64,000 nucleotides of DNA from Candidatus Barnesiella excrementavium (GCA_019115485.1 DXDM01000017.1:1789-65788); one strand, 5' to 3'. Counted from the first letter of the stretch, positions 9,798-20,277 are shown. Program-made: numbers and translations. The notes: generated by a model not told the origin, from the sequence alone.

Positions 9798-11003
9798 TTA
9801 CATCTGCTCGTAATCCTTGGCCAAACCGCCTTCACCTGTCTCCTTGTAGAGCGACGGCAGGTCATGACCGGTCTGCTTCATCACCTCGACCACCTTGTCG
9901 AACGACACCCGGTGATTCCCGTCGGTAAAGGCCGAATAGATATTGGCATCGAGTGCCCGAGCTGCGGCGTAGGCATTCCGCTCGATACAGGGTATCTGCA
10001 CCAGGCCGCACACCGGGTCGCAAGTCATGCCCAAGTGGTGTTCGAGCCCCATCTCGGCAGCATACTCGATTTGTGCCGGACTGCCGCCAAACAGCTGACT
10101 GGCCGCGGCCGACGCCATGGCGCAAGCCACGCCTACCTCACCCTGGCACCCTACCTCGGCTCCCGAAATGGAGGCATTCTGCTTTACGATATTTCCCACC
10201 AGTCCGGCCGTGGCCAGAGCCCGCAAAATGCGCATGTCGCTGAAATCGCGGCTCCGCTGCAAGTGATACAGCACGGCGGGTACCACACCACACGACCCAC
10301 AGGTGGGAGCCGTGACGATGCGGCCACCCGAGGCATTCTCCTCGCTCACGGCCAGTGCATAGGCAAATACCAGCCCCCGGCTCTTCAAGCTGTCCTTATA
10401 TCCCTTGGCCTTGATATAATAGGAAGAGGCTTTCCTGCGCAGGTTCAGCGGACCGGGCAATACGCCCTCCTGATCGAGCCCCCGCTCGATGGCCTGGCGC
10501 ATGACGGTCCACACCTCGCTCAGATAGTTCCAAATCTCACTATCCTCGCACTCCTGCACATACTCCCAGTAACTGCGTCCCGTGCGTTCGCACCAGTTGA
10601 GTATCTCGGTCATGCTGTTCATGGCGTAGAGTTCGGGCGACGCATCGAGCGCCTTGCCCTCTTCGGCCAAAGCCCCGCCACCAATACTGAACACGGTCCA
10701 CTCGTCGGTCACCTCGCCCTGGCTGTTCTTCGAGCGAAAGGTCATGCCGTTGGGGTGGAACGGCAGGAATACCGACGGCTTCCACACAATCTCGACCGGA
10801 GCGTGCGGACGCAACGTGTCGAGAATGGCCACATCGGTCAAGTGCCCCCGCCCCGTAGCGGCCAGGCTCCCGTATAGCGTGACCTCAAAAGCGGCTGCCT
10901 CGGGGTGACGCTCCAAAAACAGTTCCGAGGCCTTGCGAGGCCCCATCGTATGGCTGCTCGACGGGCCATACCCTATGCGATATATCTCTCGAATGGTTTT
11001 CAT
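9798..11003 (-). CDS. sdaA: L-serine ammonia-lyase (iron-sulfur dependent, single-chain)
   Basis: It has the [14 protein letters not shown]-terminal signature and the APTCGSCGV cluster motif. It is 401 aa from ATG 11003, and the upstream in-frame start at 11030 is a TTG. Confidence 0.93.
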   Translation of the reverse strand: MKTIREIYRIGYGPSSSHTMGPRKASELFLERHPEAAAFEVTLYGSLAATGRGHLTDVAILDTLRPHAPVEIVWKPSVFLPFHPNGMTFRSKNSQGEVTDEWTVFSIGGGALAEEGKALDASPELYAMNSMTEILNWCERTGRSYWEYVQECEDSEIWNYLSEVWTVMRQAIERGLDQEGVLPGPLNLRRKASSYYIKAKGYKDSLKSRGLVFAYALAVSEENASGGRIVTAPTCGSCGVVPAVLYHLQRSRDFSDMRILRALATAGLVGNIVKQNASISGAEVGCQGEVGVACAMASAAASQLFGGSPAQIEYAAEMGLEHHLGMTCDPVCGLVQIPCIERNAYAAARALDANIYSAFTDGNHRVSFDKVVEVMKQTGHDLPSLYKETGEGGLAKDYEQM

Positions 11004-11027
11004 TACATCTATATAATAAGTATAGAA

Positions 11028-11035
11028 CAAAGATA
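11028..11035 (-). promoter_or_regulatory. -7 box TATCTTTG for sdaA
   Basis: Exact TAnnTTTG on the minus strand, 25 nt upstream of ATG 11003. Confidence 0.35.
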
Positions 11036-11089
11036 GTGCAAAGTGAGAGTAGAAAGTCTATTTCGTCTGAACTTTTTTATCCCAGTCGC

Positions 11090-11944
11090 TCACTGCTTGT
11101 TCAACCGTTCGCGATATTCCAAAGGCGACATACCCGTCATTCGACGAAAAAAACGACACATGTACGACGCATCTTCAAAGTTCAACTCCGAAGCAATATT
11201 TTTGACCGATAAATCGGTACTGCTCAAATAGGTCTTGATAGCTACAATACACTGCCGATTGATATACTCTTTGGCTTTCAAGAACATATATTTGACCGAA
11301 AGCTTATTGAGATAGTCGGGACTTATACAGAGCCGTGTCGCATAATAGGCCACATCGCGATGCCGGGTGTAGTGACGCCCCACCAATACCATAAAATCGT
11401 TGACCAGGCTCCAGGCTCGATTCTTTTTCTCACCTTTTCCCGTGGCCAACGACAACCGTTCCATCTCGTGACAAAGCGAAAGCATGAGCAAATAAAACGT
11501 ACCTTGCAACAATTCGGTGCGATAGGTATCCTCCGTGTTCCTTATAATCCATTTTACCTGCAACAGCCAGGTATCGGCCAACTTTTGTTGATTGCTATCC
11601 ATACGGCAAACCGGATAGAGATAGAATCGATCCCAAAACTTTACCGAGGTAATCTTATAGAAAGTATCGTTGCAAATCGACAGAGGCAACGACACCCAAT
11701 CGGTTTTGAATCGGGCCGAGACCTTGAGTGGAATGACCGTACGATCATACATGACTACCAGCAAATCGCCCCGGCGAAAGGAGTGCTGGTGAAAATCGAT
11801 AGAGAGTACAGCCATACCCTCGACACAAAGCAGAACCACACACCCTTCTATCTCTATGGGTTGTCCCAGACTTGCGCGAAGGTCGGTCGTACCAAAACTA
11901 CATTCACTTCCCTCGGGAAACAGTTTATATTTAATTGACTTCAT
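11090..11944 (-). CDS. AraC family transcriptional regulator
   Basis: 284 aa from ATG 11944. The C-terminal double HTH reads ...YATRLCISPDYLNKLSVKY...IASELNFEDASYMCRFFRRMTGMSPLEYRE. It is divergent from the MATE pseudogene. Confidence 0.85.
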   Translation of the reverse strand: MKSIKYKLFPEGSECSFGTTDLRASLGQPIEIEGCVVLLCVEGMAVLSIDFHQHSFRRGDLLVVMYDRTVIPLKVSARFKTDWVSLPLSICNDTFYKITSVKFWDRFYLYPVCRMDSNQQKLADTWLLQVKWIIRNTEDTYRTELLQGTFYLLMLSLCHEMERLSLATGKGEKKNRAWSLVNDFMVLVGRHYTRHRDVAYYATRLCISPDYLNKLSVKYMFLKAKEYINRQCIVAIKTYLSSTDLSVKNIASELNFEDASYMCRFFRRMTGMSPLEYRERLNKQ

Positions 11945-12065
11945 ACAGGAAAAATACCTTGATGAAATACAAAAATAGCTCATTTTCTCTGCTTTCGCCT
12001 CATTTTATCCGGGGAAATACCCTACCTGTCTGGTTTCTGTATCCCCTCGTAGAGATACATCTCAT

Positions 12066-12073
12066 TACCTTTG
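12066..12073 (+). promoter_or_regulatory. -7 box TACCTTTG upstream of the MATE pseudogene
   Basis: Exact TAnnTTTG, 36 nt upstream of ATG 12110. Confidence 0.35.
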
Positions 12074-12109
12074 CCCCTGGTAAAAGACAACACAAACAGC
12101 TATGTTTTT

Positions 12110-12716
12110 ATGAATCGAGACACTATCAACTTTCAAAAAGAGCCAGCGACCACCCTGTTTCGCAAACTGCTGATTCCAACCTTGCTGGGGTCGATAGCCA
12201 TGTCGGCAGTAAGTACCATCGACGGCATCTTTGTAGGCCACGGCGTAGGAGCCGACGGAGTTGCTGCCGTGAATATCGTAGTACCCATCTATCAACTGAT
12301 AGCCGGACTGGGACTCATGATTGGATCCGGATGCTCGATTGTATCGACTATTCACCTCTCATATCAAAAACAGAAAGTAGCGAGAATCAACATTACTCAA
12401 GCCCTCGTAATAAGTACCCTCTTTACCGTCGCAATCGTCGTTGCCGTATTGTTGTTCCCCATCAAGACAGCCCGACTGTTGGGTACATCTGAAACTTTGC
12501 AACCTCTGGTGCTGGACTATCTGAAGTGGATTATGCCCGCCTTTGCGTTTGAGATATGGATGCTGATAGGGCTCTTCATCATTCGGTTGGCCCAGCTTCT
12601 ACTTGCTCCCCTTTGTTTTCGGGGCAGCCGGCATGTGGCTGGCCATGCCCGTTACCGAGATACTTACCTCGATGGTCATCTATGCCATATGCCAGTATCG
12701 CCGGGAAAAGCGGTGA
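12110..12716 (+). pseudogene. MATE family efflux transporter remnant (internal deletion plus frameshift)
   Basis: The N-terminal ~160 aa look like MATE TM1-5 (MNRDTINFQKEPATTLFRKLLIPTLLGSIAMSAVSTIDGIFVGH...). After ...GLFIIRL the frame turns to nonsense. The +1 frame then reads a typical MATE C-terminus, SFYLLPFVFGAAGMWLAMPVTEILTSMVIYAICQYRREKR*, with its stop at 12714-12716. The total is ~200 codons against ~450 for intact MATE proteins. Confidence 0.7.
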
Positions 12717-12777
12717 ACACCTACCGGCAATCCCTATCCTCAAACCTCGTTCCCTCAGCCGCGAGATGACAAATAGG

Positions 12778-12817
12778 CCACTTCGGCGCAAGTTTGTCCA
12801 CTCCGGCGCACTCTTGT
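12778..12817 (+). repeat. Tandem 20-bp direct repeat x2 (CCACTTCGGCGCAAGTTTGT / CCACTCCGGCGCACTCTTGT), candidate activator site
   Basis: The two adjacent units are 16/20 identical, and their 13-nt cores CCACTYCGGCGCA are 12/13 identical. The repeat ends 37 nt upstream of the sigma-54 -24 element. Confidence 0.5.
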
Positions 12818-12853
12818 CACCCCTCCCGCCTGGGAAAAGGGGAAAAACGGCAT

Positions 12854-12869
12854 TGGCACACCCTTTGCA
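12854..12869 (+). promoter_or_regulatory. Sigma-54 (RpoN) type -24/-12 promoter for the Hsp20 gene
   Basis: TGGCAC-ACCCT-TTGCA matches the TGGCAC-N5-TTGCW consensus at every fixed position. It is in the correct orientation, ~83 nt upstream of ATG 12952. Confidence 0.55.
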
Positions 12870-12951
12870 AGTAGTTAGGCGATTTCGGTAATCGAAAGAG
12901 AGCCGAAACAAAAACAGATAATAAACAACTTAAATATAGGAGATTATAACT

Positions 12952-13380
12952 ATGGTACCCATGAGAAAAAACCAAGGTTGGTTGCCCGACATTTTCAATG
13001 ACTTCTTTGATAACCAATGGATGGAAAGAGCCAACGCCACAGCTCCTGCTATCAATGTAATCGAACATGAAAACGACTACTGCGTAGAAGTGGCTGCTCC
13101 GGGTATGACAAAAGACGATTTCCAGGTTCACGTCGATGAGAACGACAACCTCGTTATCACGATGGAGAAAAAATCGGAGAACAAAGATGAGAAGAAAAAA
13201 GAGCACTATCTGCGTCGCGAATTCTCTTACTCGAAATTCCAACAGACCATGATATTGCCCGACGATGTCGACAAAAACAAAATTTCGGCTCATGTCGAAC
13301 ATGGCGTTTTGTCGGTCGAACTTCCCAAATTGCCTGTTGACAACAATGCCGGTGTAAGAAAATCGATCGAAGTTAAGTAA
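12952..13380 (+). CDS. Hsp20/alpha-crystallin family small heat-shock protein
   Basis: 142 aa with an alpha-crystallin domain (YCVEVAAPGMTKDDFQVHVDENDNLVITMEK...REFSYSKFQQTMILPDDVDKNKISAHVEHGVLSVELPK). AGGAGA lies 8 nt before the ATG. Confidence 0.95.
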   Translation: MVPMRKNQGWLPDIFNDFFDNQWMERANATAPAINVIEHENDYCVEVAAPGMTKDDFQVHVDENDNLVITMEKKSENKDEKKKEHYLRREFSYSKFQQTMILPDDVDKNKISAHVEHGVLSVELPKLPVDNNAGVRKSIEVK

Positions 13381-13406
13381 ACGATTTCGGGAGAGTATCC
13401 CAGCCA

Positions 13407-13444
13407 GGCCGCTACCTTTTGCAAAAAAGGCGGCGGCTTTTTTT
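13407..13444 (+). terminator. Rho-independent terminator after hsp20
   Basis: GC-rich imperfect stem GGCCGCTACCTTTT / AAAAGGCGGCGGC followed by T7. Confidence 0.7.
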
Positions 13445-13460
13445 ATGCCCTCCGGATTAT

Positions 13461-13515
13461 AAAAAAGAGCGTACAAAGTGTTGTACAACCCGCGAGAATT
13501 TGCGTCCTTTGCACC
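13461..13515 (+). promoter_or_regulatory. Sigma-A promoter module upstream of the MFS gene (A-tract, TTG -33, TCCTTTG -7-like)
   Basis: AAAAAAGAGCGTACAAAGTGTTGTACAA...GTCCTTTGCACC. It has the same architecture and the same TTG-to-TTTG spacing (28 nt) as the rpsF promoter at 14771-14825. Confidence 0.4.
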
Positions 13516-13580
13516 CGGTTTTTGCAGAGGTGCTGCCTTGACCGACACGCCCTGCGTTCAATAGGTTATTAAGGTATCAC

Positions 13581-14732
13581 ATGAAAAAGAGTCTTATCGC
13601 TTTGGCATTCGGCACATTGGGGCTTGGAATCGCCGAGTTTGTCTTGATGGCTATCCTTCCCTACATAGCCACCGATCTGCACATCAGTATCCCTAAGGCT
13701 GGCCACCTCATCTCGGCCTATGCGTTGGGCGTATGCGCGGGGGCACCCCTGCTCACGCTGGCCCGCCGACGCCCGTTGAAAAATATTCTGCTCGGGCTAG
13801 CTACCCTCATGATGGTGGGTAACCTGTTCGCCTCGGTAGCTCCCAACTACTGGACGATGCTGGTCGCCCGCTTTATCTCGGGGCTTCCCCACGGAGCCTA
13901 CTTCGGGGTCTCCTCGATTGTGGCCGAGAAACTGGCCGACAAGGGCAAGGGGTCGGAAGCCGTGTCGATTATGATTGCAGGCATGACCATTGCCAACCTC
14001 TTCGGGGTACCGCTGGGCTCCTCGCTGAGCACTCTGCTCTCATGGCGGCTCACTTTCCTGCTGGTGGGCGTGTGGAGCCTGATTGTACTCTATTTCATCT
14101 GGAAATGGGTACCGCAGGTCGAAGGACTGCCCGACACGGGATTCAAAGGACAGTTCCGCTTCTTGAAGACCAAAGCCCCCTGGCTTATCCTGGGAGCCAC
14201 ACTACTGGGCAACGGCGGTGTGTTCTGCTGGTACAGCTACATCAACCCGCTGCTCACCCAGGTATCGGGATTCTCGGCCGAGAGCATCACCCTGCTGATG
14301 GTACTGGCCGGATTCGGCATGGTGGTGGGCAACCTGCTGGGAGGACGCCTCTCCGACCTCTACACGCCCGGCCGGGTAGCGGCCTTCACCCAGTTCATTC
14401 TCTTCGTGGCCCTGCTTGCCATCTTCTTCGCAGCCCCGATTGGCTGGCTCACCGTTCTGCTCATGTGCCTCTGCACCACCGGCCTTTTTGCCGTATCGAG
14501 TCCACAGCAAATCTCCATCATTCACTTTGCCAAGGGTGGCGAACTGCTGGGTGCCGCTTGTGTGCAGGTAGCCTTCAACCTGGGCAATGCCATCGGCGCC
14601 TTCCTGGGCGGACTGCCCATCGAGGCCGGTCTCGGCTACCAATATCCGGCTCTCATCGGGGCTCCGCTCGCCCTCATAGGCTCCGTACTGCTCATGTTGT
14701 TTTACAAAAAATATGAGCCGAAAAGAGTCTGA
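13581..14732 (+). CDS. MFS transporter (DHA1/AraJ-like, 12 TM)
   Basis: 383 aa, hydrophobic throughout, with an MFS loop 2-3 motif (LARRRPLKNILL). Confidence 0.9.
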   Translation: MKKSLIALAFGTLGLGIAEFVLMAILPYIATDLHISIPKAGHLISAYALGVCAGAPLLTLARRRPLKNILLGLATLMMVGNLFASVAPNYWTMLVARFISGLPHGAYFGVSSIVAEKLADKGKGSEAVSIMIAGMTIANLFGVPLGSSLSTLLSWRLTFLLVGVWSLIVLYFIWKWVPQVEGLPDTGFKGQFRFLKTKAPWLILGATLLGNGGVFCWYSYINPLLTQVSGFSAESITLLMVLAGFGMVVGNLLGGRLSDLYTPGRVAAFTQFILFVALLAIFFAAPIGWLTVLLMCLCTTGLFAVSSPQQISIIHFAKGGELLGAACVQVAFNLGNAIGAFLGGLPIEAGLGYQYPALIGAPLALIGSVLLMLFYKKYEPKRV

Positions 14733-14770
14733 ACCCGACAAATATCAGGCGGCAACGACAAAAATTCACA

Positions 14771-14825
14771 CAAAAAAGAGTGTCAAAGGGTTGTATAATT
14801 GCCAGATAATCTCTACCTTTGCCCC
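14771..14825 (+). promoter_or_regulatory. Sigma-A promoter of the rpsF-rpsR-rplI operon (-33 TTG, -7 TACCTTTG)
   Basis: AAAAAAGAGTGTCAAAGGGTTGTATAATTGCCAGATAATCTCTACCTTTGCCCC. The exact TAnnTTTG is at 14814-14821, 46 nt before ATG 14868. Confidence 0.55.
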
Positions 14826-14867
14826 GCAAATAAAAACTATTAACCAAATACGTTAAACTAAACGAGT

Positions 14868-15227
14868 ATGAACCATTACGAAACCGTTTTCATTTTAACT
14901 CCCGTTTTGTCTGATGTACAGATGAAGGAAGCGGTAGACAAATTCAAAACGATTCTCACCGAACAAGGTGCCGTAATCGTGAATGAAGAGAACTGGGGAT
15001 TGCGCAAGCTCGCCTATCCTATCCAAAAGAAAACCACCGGTTTTTACAACCTGCTGGAATTTGACGCCGACCCTTCTGTCATCGCCAAATTGGAAGTTCA
15101 ATTCCGTCGTGACGAACGTGTAATTCGTTTCCTCACGTTCAGAATGGACAAATTTGCCGCTGAATACGCTGCAAAGAGAAGAAGTGTTAAATCGTCTAAC
15201 AAAGTAGAAGAAGTAAAGGAGAACTAA
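14868..15227 (+). CDS. rpsF: 30S ribosomal protein S6
   Basis: 119 aa starting [12 protein letters not shown]..., the canonical S6 N-terminus. It is followed by S18 and L9 in the conserved order. Confidence 0.97.
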   Translation: MNHYETVFILTPVLSDVQMKEAVDKFKTILTEQGAVIVNEENWGLRKLAYPIQKKTTGFYNLLEFDADPSVIAKLEVQFRRDERVIRFLTFRMDKFAAEYAAKRRSVKSSNKVEEVKEN

Positions 15228-15230
15228 AAA

Positions 15231-15500
15231 ATGGCACAAGCACAATCCGAAATCAGATATTTGACTCCCCCGTCGGTAGACATCAAAAAGAAAAAATACT
15301 GCCGTTTCAAGAAAAACGGTATCAAGTATATCGACTACAAAGACCCTGAATTCCTGAAAAAATTCTTGAACGAACAAGGCAAAATCCTGCCCCGTCGTAT
15401 CACAGGAACTTCGTTGAAATTTCAACGTCGTATTGCACAAGCTGTGAAAAGAGCCCGTCACCTGGCGCTGCTCCCTTATGTAACTGATATGATGAAATAA
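15231..15500 (+). CDS. rpsR: 30S ribosomal protein S18
   Basis: 89 aa with ...[18 protein letters not shown]...[32 protein letters not shown]. Confidence 0.97.
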   Translation: MAQAQSEIRYLTPPSVDIKKKKYCRFKKNGIKYIDYKDPEFLKKFLNEQGKILPRRITGTSLKFQRRIAQAVKRARHLALLPYVTDMMK

Positions 15501-15522
15501 TTAAACGAAGGAGGAATTTAGC

Positions 15523-15966
15523 ATGCAAGTAATATTGAAAGAAGACGTCACCAATCTCGGTTACAAAGACGATATCGTGACTGTAAAAAGCGGATACGGC
15601 CGCAACTACCTCATTCCGCAAGGCAAAGCCGTTATTGCTTCGCCCATGGCTCTGAAAGTGCGTGAAGAGGATTTGAAACAACGTGCTCACAAACTCGAGA
15701 AAATCAAAGCCGACGCTCAAGCTCTGGCAGCTGCCCTCGAAGGTGTTTCGCTCACCATCGGTGCAAAGACCAGTTCGACGGGTACCATCTTCGGCTCGGT
15801 GAACAATATCCAAATCGCCGAAGCTCTCGAAAAACTGGGTCACACCGTAGATCGCAAACAAATCATCATCAAAGACCCTGTAAAAGAAGTGGGCCACTAC
15901 AAAGCTACGATTAAACTCCACAAAGAGGTTAGCGTAGAAATCCCCTTCGAAGTCGTTGCTGAATAA
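15523..15966 (+). CDS. rplI: 50S ribosomal protein L9
   Basis: 147 aa starting [37 protein letters not shown], the canonical L9 N-domain. Confidence 0.97.
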   Translation: MQVILKEDVTNLGYKDDIVTVKSGYGRNYLIPQGKAVIASPMALKVREEDLKQRAHKLEKIKADAQALAAALEGVSLTIGAKTSSTGTIFGSVNNIQIAEALEKLGHTVDRKQIIIKDPVKEVGHYKATIKLHKEVSVEIPFEVVAE

Positions 15967-15988
15967 TCGACGAATCTATAATAAAAAA

Positions 15989-16016
15989 GCGCCCGAAATT
16001 ATCGGGCGCTTTTTTT
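15989..16016 (+). terminator. Rho-independent terminator of the rpsF operon
   Basis: Stem GCGCCCGA / TCGGGCGC with loop AATTA, followed by T7. Confidence 0.85.
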
Positions 16017-16037
16017 GTGTAGTCATATAATGCTTCA

Positions 16038-16838
16038 CTAAATTTCAAGGGTGTCGCCGCAAGCGATATAGTGCATATTATCCATGTGCCTAGCCAAATA
16101 GTCGAATGCCGGCTTTCCCGTGCAGTGACAGGTATAAAACAGGGTATCCGCGTATTTGCCGCGTAACTCGGCGGCTATGTCATCAAGCAGACTCTCGGGT
16201 ACCGATTTCCGGGTAACGGGATTGAACAGATGGAAACCGCCCACACACAAGGCGGGGCGAAACTTTGCCGCAGCGGCCATAATATTCACAACACCCGAGT
16301 GGCCGCAGCCCATAATCAAGGCCACCTTGTTTTCGGCGATAATCAGATTCTGCTCGTGCCCGAAAGCGTCCCGCCCCCGTTCATCATAGAGAACACGGTT
16401 GACCGGAGAATAAAATCTATCGCTCCGGCTTTTCACGGTGAACAGCTGCAGCTCATCATCGATTGCACAATCGCCCTCCAGCAGCACCAGCTGCCGGTGC
16501 GATATCAGACTCCGATCGAGCCCGATCGGCACCTTGCAAAACCAAACCTTGCTGTAATGGGGTTCAAAAGCCTCTCTCTGCACATAAACGGCGGCCCGGA
16601 AGTTTATCTCTAGAAATTTTTTCAAGGCCCCCCCGTGGTCTGCGTGCCCGTGAGAAATCACAACCGTATCGACCGTTGAAATATCGATACCTCGCCTAGC
16701 GGCATTCTCAAACAAGGTATTGTCGGGACCCAAGTCGAACAAGATCCTGTGCCGACGAGTCTCTATATACAGCGAGAGGCCATGTTTAGCCTTCAGCTCC
16801 GAATTTGTAGTATTCTCTACCAGCGATACGATCCGCAT
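16038..16838 (-). CDS. MBL-fold metallo-hydrolase
   Basis: 266 aa with the HxHxDH motif (ISHGHADHGG). Confidence 0.85.
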   Translation of the reverse strand: MRIVSLVENTTNSELKAKHGLSLYIETRRHRILFDLGPDNTLFENAARRGIDISTVDTVVISHGHADHGGALKKFLEINFRAAVYVQREAFEPHYSKVWFCKVPIGLDRSLISHRQLVLLEGDCAIDDELQLFTVKSRSDRFYSPVNRVLYDERGRDAFGHEQNLIIAENKVALIMGCGHSGVVNIMAAAAKFRPALCVGGFHLFNPVTRKSVPESLLDDIAAELRGKYADTLFYTCHCTGKPAFDYLARHMDNMHYIACGDTLEI

Positions 16839-16842
16839 AGGC

Positions 16843-18015
16843 CTATATTTTCTTTTTCGTCAAAGTGTCCAACTTGGCCGACACCGTATCGCGACGCACG
16901 CGATACGGTAACAACTCCTGCAACTTGCTACCCAACTGTTCGAGGGTCAGGTTACGGGAGTTTATCGTTCCGTCGGGATTGATTACCACAAAGGCCGGGA
17001 CCGAGGCCAAGGCATAGCGCGACTCTACCTCGTCGGGGTCGGCGGCCATACATTGATGGGCCGGCAGTCTCAAAGTCTGCACCTGCTCACGCCACAACTC
17101 GGCATCACTGTCGAGCGAGACCGACAGGAAAGTGGCTCCCCGATAGCCAAACTCGCGATACAGCTGTCCCAGCCGCACCATCGCCCGGCACGAAGGCTCA
17201 CTACCCGATTGCCAGAACCCAATGACCACATAGCGAGCATACCCCACATACCCCGACAGCGAGGTGCTCCGCCCCCACACATCGACCAAGGGGAAATCGA
17301 CGTACGGACTGCCCGGCTCTATCTTATCGGCATTGCGTAAACGCTGGGCGATATCGGTAAGTATGGGCGCATTTTTATCTCTCCCCCTGAACTCCGAAAG
17401 AATCTTATCCAATTCGGCTTCACTGAACCGGCTCTGCATCGATTCGAGCAACCAGAGTGAAGCCGGAGAATTGCGGTTCTTGCGAATAAAACGATAGGCC
17501 AGGTCTACCTCCTCATCGTCGAGCCGGCAATCCTGCCCATATAGCGACTGTTCAAGAGCGGCGGTCATTCGCCCTTCGTCTACCAGTTCGAGATAGCGGT
17601 TGTGCAGCGCACTACGCAACGAGTCCAACCGATGCGACCGTGCTTTATAGGTTTCAAAGTCTACATTCTGCTGAGTTCCCGTCACGGTCGATAGCACGGT
17701 ATCCATCTTTGCCTCGATGGTGCCGTTTCCCAATACGAACAGAACGGGGACAGCCAGGGAGTCGAGCGAACGGTTGAAACGCAGGTAGGCCATAATTGGT
17801 ACCTCCTGTTCACCCCGAAACGAGAAGAGACCTCCGTCGACAATGGCGCTGTCGAGATTGACCAACTCGTCGCCATTGCTGTGCGACAAATAGACGATAT
17901 TGCCGTCGGCATCGACATTACTCACACGGCCGTTAATCACATACGAGGTTTCGACGCCGCCCCCACAACTGGCACACAGCAACAAAAGCAGCATCAGATA
18001 GTAGACTCTGTTCAT
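16843..18015 (-). CDS. TlpA/AhpC-like thioredoxin-fold protein with DUF4369-like N-domain; CxxC motif degenerate
   Basis: 390 aa with a signal peptide/lipobox (LLLLCASCGG). The C-terminal thioredoxin fold (..VVIGFWQSGSEPSCRAMV...FLSVSLDSD...VPAFVVINPDGTI) has FWQSGSEPSC where FWASWCGPC is expected. Confidence 0.8.
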   Translation of the reverse strand: MNRVYYLMLLLLLCASCGGGVETSYVINGRVSNVDADGNIVYLSHSNGDELVNLDSAIVDGGLFSFRGEQEVPIMAYLRFNRSLDSLAVPVLFVLGNGTIEAKMDTVLSTVTGTQQNVDFETYKARSHRLDSLRSALHNRYLELVDEGRMTAALEQSLYGQDCRLDDEEVDLAYRFIRKNRNSPASLWLLESMQSRFSEAELDKILSEFRGRDKNAPILTDIAQRLRNADKIEPGSPYVDFPLVDVWGRSTSLSGYVGYARYVVIGFWQSGSEPSCRAMVRLGQLYREFGYRGATFLSVSLDSDAELWREQVQTLRLPAHQCMAADPDEVESRYALASVPAFVVINPDGTINSRNLTLEQLGSKLQELLPYRVRRDTVSAKLDTLTKKKI

Positions 18016-18176
18016 ACATTTCTGTTTCTCACGAACAAAGATACGGAAGATTTTTATTCATTCCCCTTTCACGTCCCCGATAATCGTTATTTCTATTCCA
18101 AAACCACATAAGGAACCATCTGTGCAGCCTCTCCCGGCCCGACGGCATTCATGCAGTTCTGACCCCAAGCCAGCGA

Positions 18177-18413
18177 CTATTCGTCCTGATCGTCAAGGCT
18201 ATCCCACACCGAATCTTGTTGCTCGATATACTCTTCGTAGTAATAGGCAAAACCTTTCCGGCTCGAAACACCCATTGTGTCGCACCACTCTTGATAATCG
18301 GCTTCCAACTGCTGGTCCTCGGCCATCATTAACCGAAACGCCTCCTCCGACTGGTCCAATGTGCGATACTGCTTAATAACATCATCAATTATGATGGTCA
18401 CATCATTATTCAT
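18177..18413 (-). CDS. Hypothetical small acidic protein
   Basis: 78 aa from ATG 18413 (the track start at 18431 is a TTG). It is strongly acidic with no low-complexity junk, whereas the overlapping plus-strand ORF is Pro/Arg junk. I recognise no family. Confidence 0.45.
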   Translation of the reverse strand: MNNDVTIIIDDVIKQYRTLDQSEEAFRLMMAEDQQLEADYQEWCDTMGVSSRKGFAYYYEEYIEQQDSVWDSLDDQDE

Positions 18414-18661
18414 GGCATTTCCATTTAGCAATCAAAACACATTATTATATATTTGGTTCAAATATAATGATTCTTTTATAAAAAGATATTACAGAAAAGC
18501 AAAAAAGCAAATACATCAATACCCCGAGATGCAGTTCTTGTACTTAATTTATAAACGGGGAAAAACGTCCAAAAGTATGCTTCCTCCTTTGACAAAAATC
18601 GCAATCGTCCGAAAAACCCATCTACACAAGTTCCGACCGTCGTTTTTTGAGCAAGATTTAT

Positions 18662-18669
18662 TATCTTTG
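18662..18669 (+). promoter_or_regulatory. -7 box TATCTTTG for the DUF2148-aguA-aguB operon
   Basis: Exact TAnnTTTG, 24 nt upstream of ATG 18694. Confidence 0.4.
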
Positions 18670-18693
18670 CCTTATAGAAAAACGACTTGTAAA

Positions 18694-19233
18694 ATGATTT
18701 ATAACGAACGAAACACTCGTAAAGAGACCGTGTGCGAAGCGGCCAAACAGATTATGATGGCGGCCCGTACCGCGCCCAAAGGCAAAGGGGTGGACATTAT
18801 CGAGATTGCCACCGTAACCGGCGACGACCTCTTGGCTCTGGCCGACCAGATGCGCCTCACCGGCGAGAAGCGGGGCATGAAGTTTTTCCTGCGCGATGCA
18901 GGCAACATCGAGCAGTCCGACGCCGTAATCCTCATCGGTACCTGCCGACAGGTTCAAGGTCTCAACTGCGGCTACTGCGGCTATCCCACCTGCTCCGAAA
19001 ATCCGCAGGAGAATCCCTGTGCCATCAATTCGATCGACGTAGGTATCGCCATCGGTTCGGCCTGTTCCAAGGCGGCCGACATGCGCATCGACACGCGGGT
19101 GATGTTCTCGGCCGGTGCTGCTGCCGAAGAGATGGAGCTGCTGCCCGACTGCAAACAGGTTATCGCTCTGGCTCTGAGCGTATCGTCCAAGAGCCCCTAT
19201 TTCGACCGCAAACCGCAAACCCCGAAGCCATGA
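18694..19233 (+). CDS. DUF2148 / ferredoxin-domain-containing protein
   Basis: 179 aa from ATG 18694; the upstream part of track ORF 18361- is AT-rich non-coding. It has the Cys cluster LNCGYCGYPTCSENPQENPC and the ending ...SVSSKSPYFDRK that I recall for COG4739/DUF2148. Confidence 0.75.
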   Translation: MIYNERNTRKETVCEAAKQIMMAARTAPKGKGVDIIEIATVTGDDLLALADQMRLTGEKRGMKFFLRDAGNIEQSDAVILIGTCRQVQGLNCGYCGYPTCSENPQENPCAINSIDVGIAIGSACSKAADMRIDTRVMFSAGAAAEEMELLPDCKQVIALALSVSSKSPYFDRKPQTPKP

Positions 19234-20261
19234 CCCCTGCAATACTCTTCCCGGCCGAATGGTATCCCCAGTCGGGTATTCAACTTACCTGGCCCCACGA
19301 GGAGACCGATTGGGCCTACATGCTCGACGAGGTGACCGACTGCTACATCAAGTTGGCCCGCGAGATTGCCCGACGCGAACGGCTGTTGATTGTCACGCCG
19401 CACCCCGAGCAGGTAAAACAACTGTTGCAAGGAGTAGTTGACCTTGAAGCGGTGACTTTTGCCCAATGCCCTACCAACGACACCTGGGCACGCGACCACG
19501 GCGGTATCACCCTCCTCTGCGACGGGAAACCCGCCATCTACGACTTCAAGTTCAACGGGTGGGGACTCAAATTCGCCGCCAACTACGACAACCTCATCAC
19601 CTCGACACTCTGCCGACAGGGACGATTCAACGCCCGATATGAGAACCGGCTCAACTTCGTGGTCGAGGGAGGTGCTCTCGAAAGCGACGGCACCGGTACC
19701 CTGCTTACCACCAGCGAATGCCTGCTCTCGCCCAACCGCAACGGCGAGTGGTCGCAGACCCGCATCGAAGAGTACCTGAAAGAGACCTTCGGGTTGCAAC
19801 GCGTCCTGTGGCTCGACCACGGCTACCTGGCCGGCGACGACACCGACAGCCACATCGACACGCTGGCTCGGTTCGCCCCCGGCAACACCATCGTGTATGT
19901 GCAATGCTCCGACCCGACCGACGAGCACTACGAAGCCCTGCACCGCATGGAGGAACAACTACGCACCTTCACCACCCTCGAAGGTACTCCCTACTGGCTG
20001 CTCCCCCTGCCCATGGCCGACGCTGTCTACGACGAGCACGGAGATCGACTGCCGGCCACCTATGCCAACTTCCTGATTATGAACGATGCCGTACTATACC
20101 CCACCTACCGCCAACCGGTCAACGACCGGGCAGCAGCCCAGGTGCTGCAACAGGCCTTCCCCAACCGGGAAATCGTGGGAATAGACTGTACACCTCTCAT
20201 TCGTCAGCATGGTTCGCTGCACTGCGTGACCATGCAATACCCCACAAATGTCTTACGATAA
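19230..20261 (+). CDS. aguA: Agmatine deiminase
   Basis: 343 aa from ATG 19230, which overlaps the previous stop as ATGA. It starts PAEWYPQSGIQLTWPH, contains DTWARDHGG, and has the C-terminal catalytic GSLHCVTMQ. Confidence 0.9.
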   Translation: MTPAILFPAEWYPQSGIQLTWPHEETDWAYMLDEVTDCYIKLAREIARRERLLIVTPHPEQVKQLLQGVVDLEAVTFAQCPTNDTWARDHGGITLLCDGKPAIYDFKFNGWGLKFAANYDNLITSTLCRQGRFNARYENRLNFVVEGGALESDGTGTLLTTSECLLSPNRNGEWSQTRIEEYLKETFGLQRVLWLDHGYLAGDDTDSHIDTLARFAPGNTIVYVQCSDPTDEHYEALHRMEEQLRTFTTLEGTPYWLLPLPMADAVYDEHGDRLPATYANFLIMNDAVLYPTYRQPVNDRAAAQVLQQAFPNREIVGIDCTPLIRQHGSLHCVTMQYPTNVLR

Positions 20262-20277
20262 AACGAGAATAACCGTC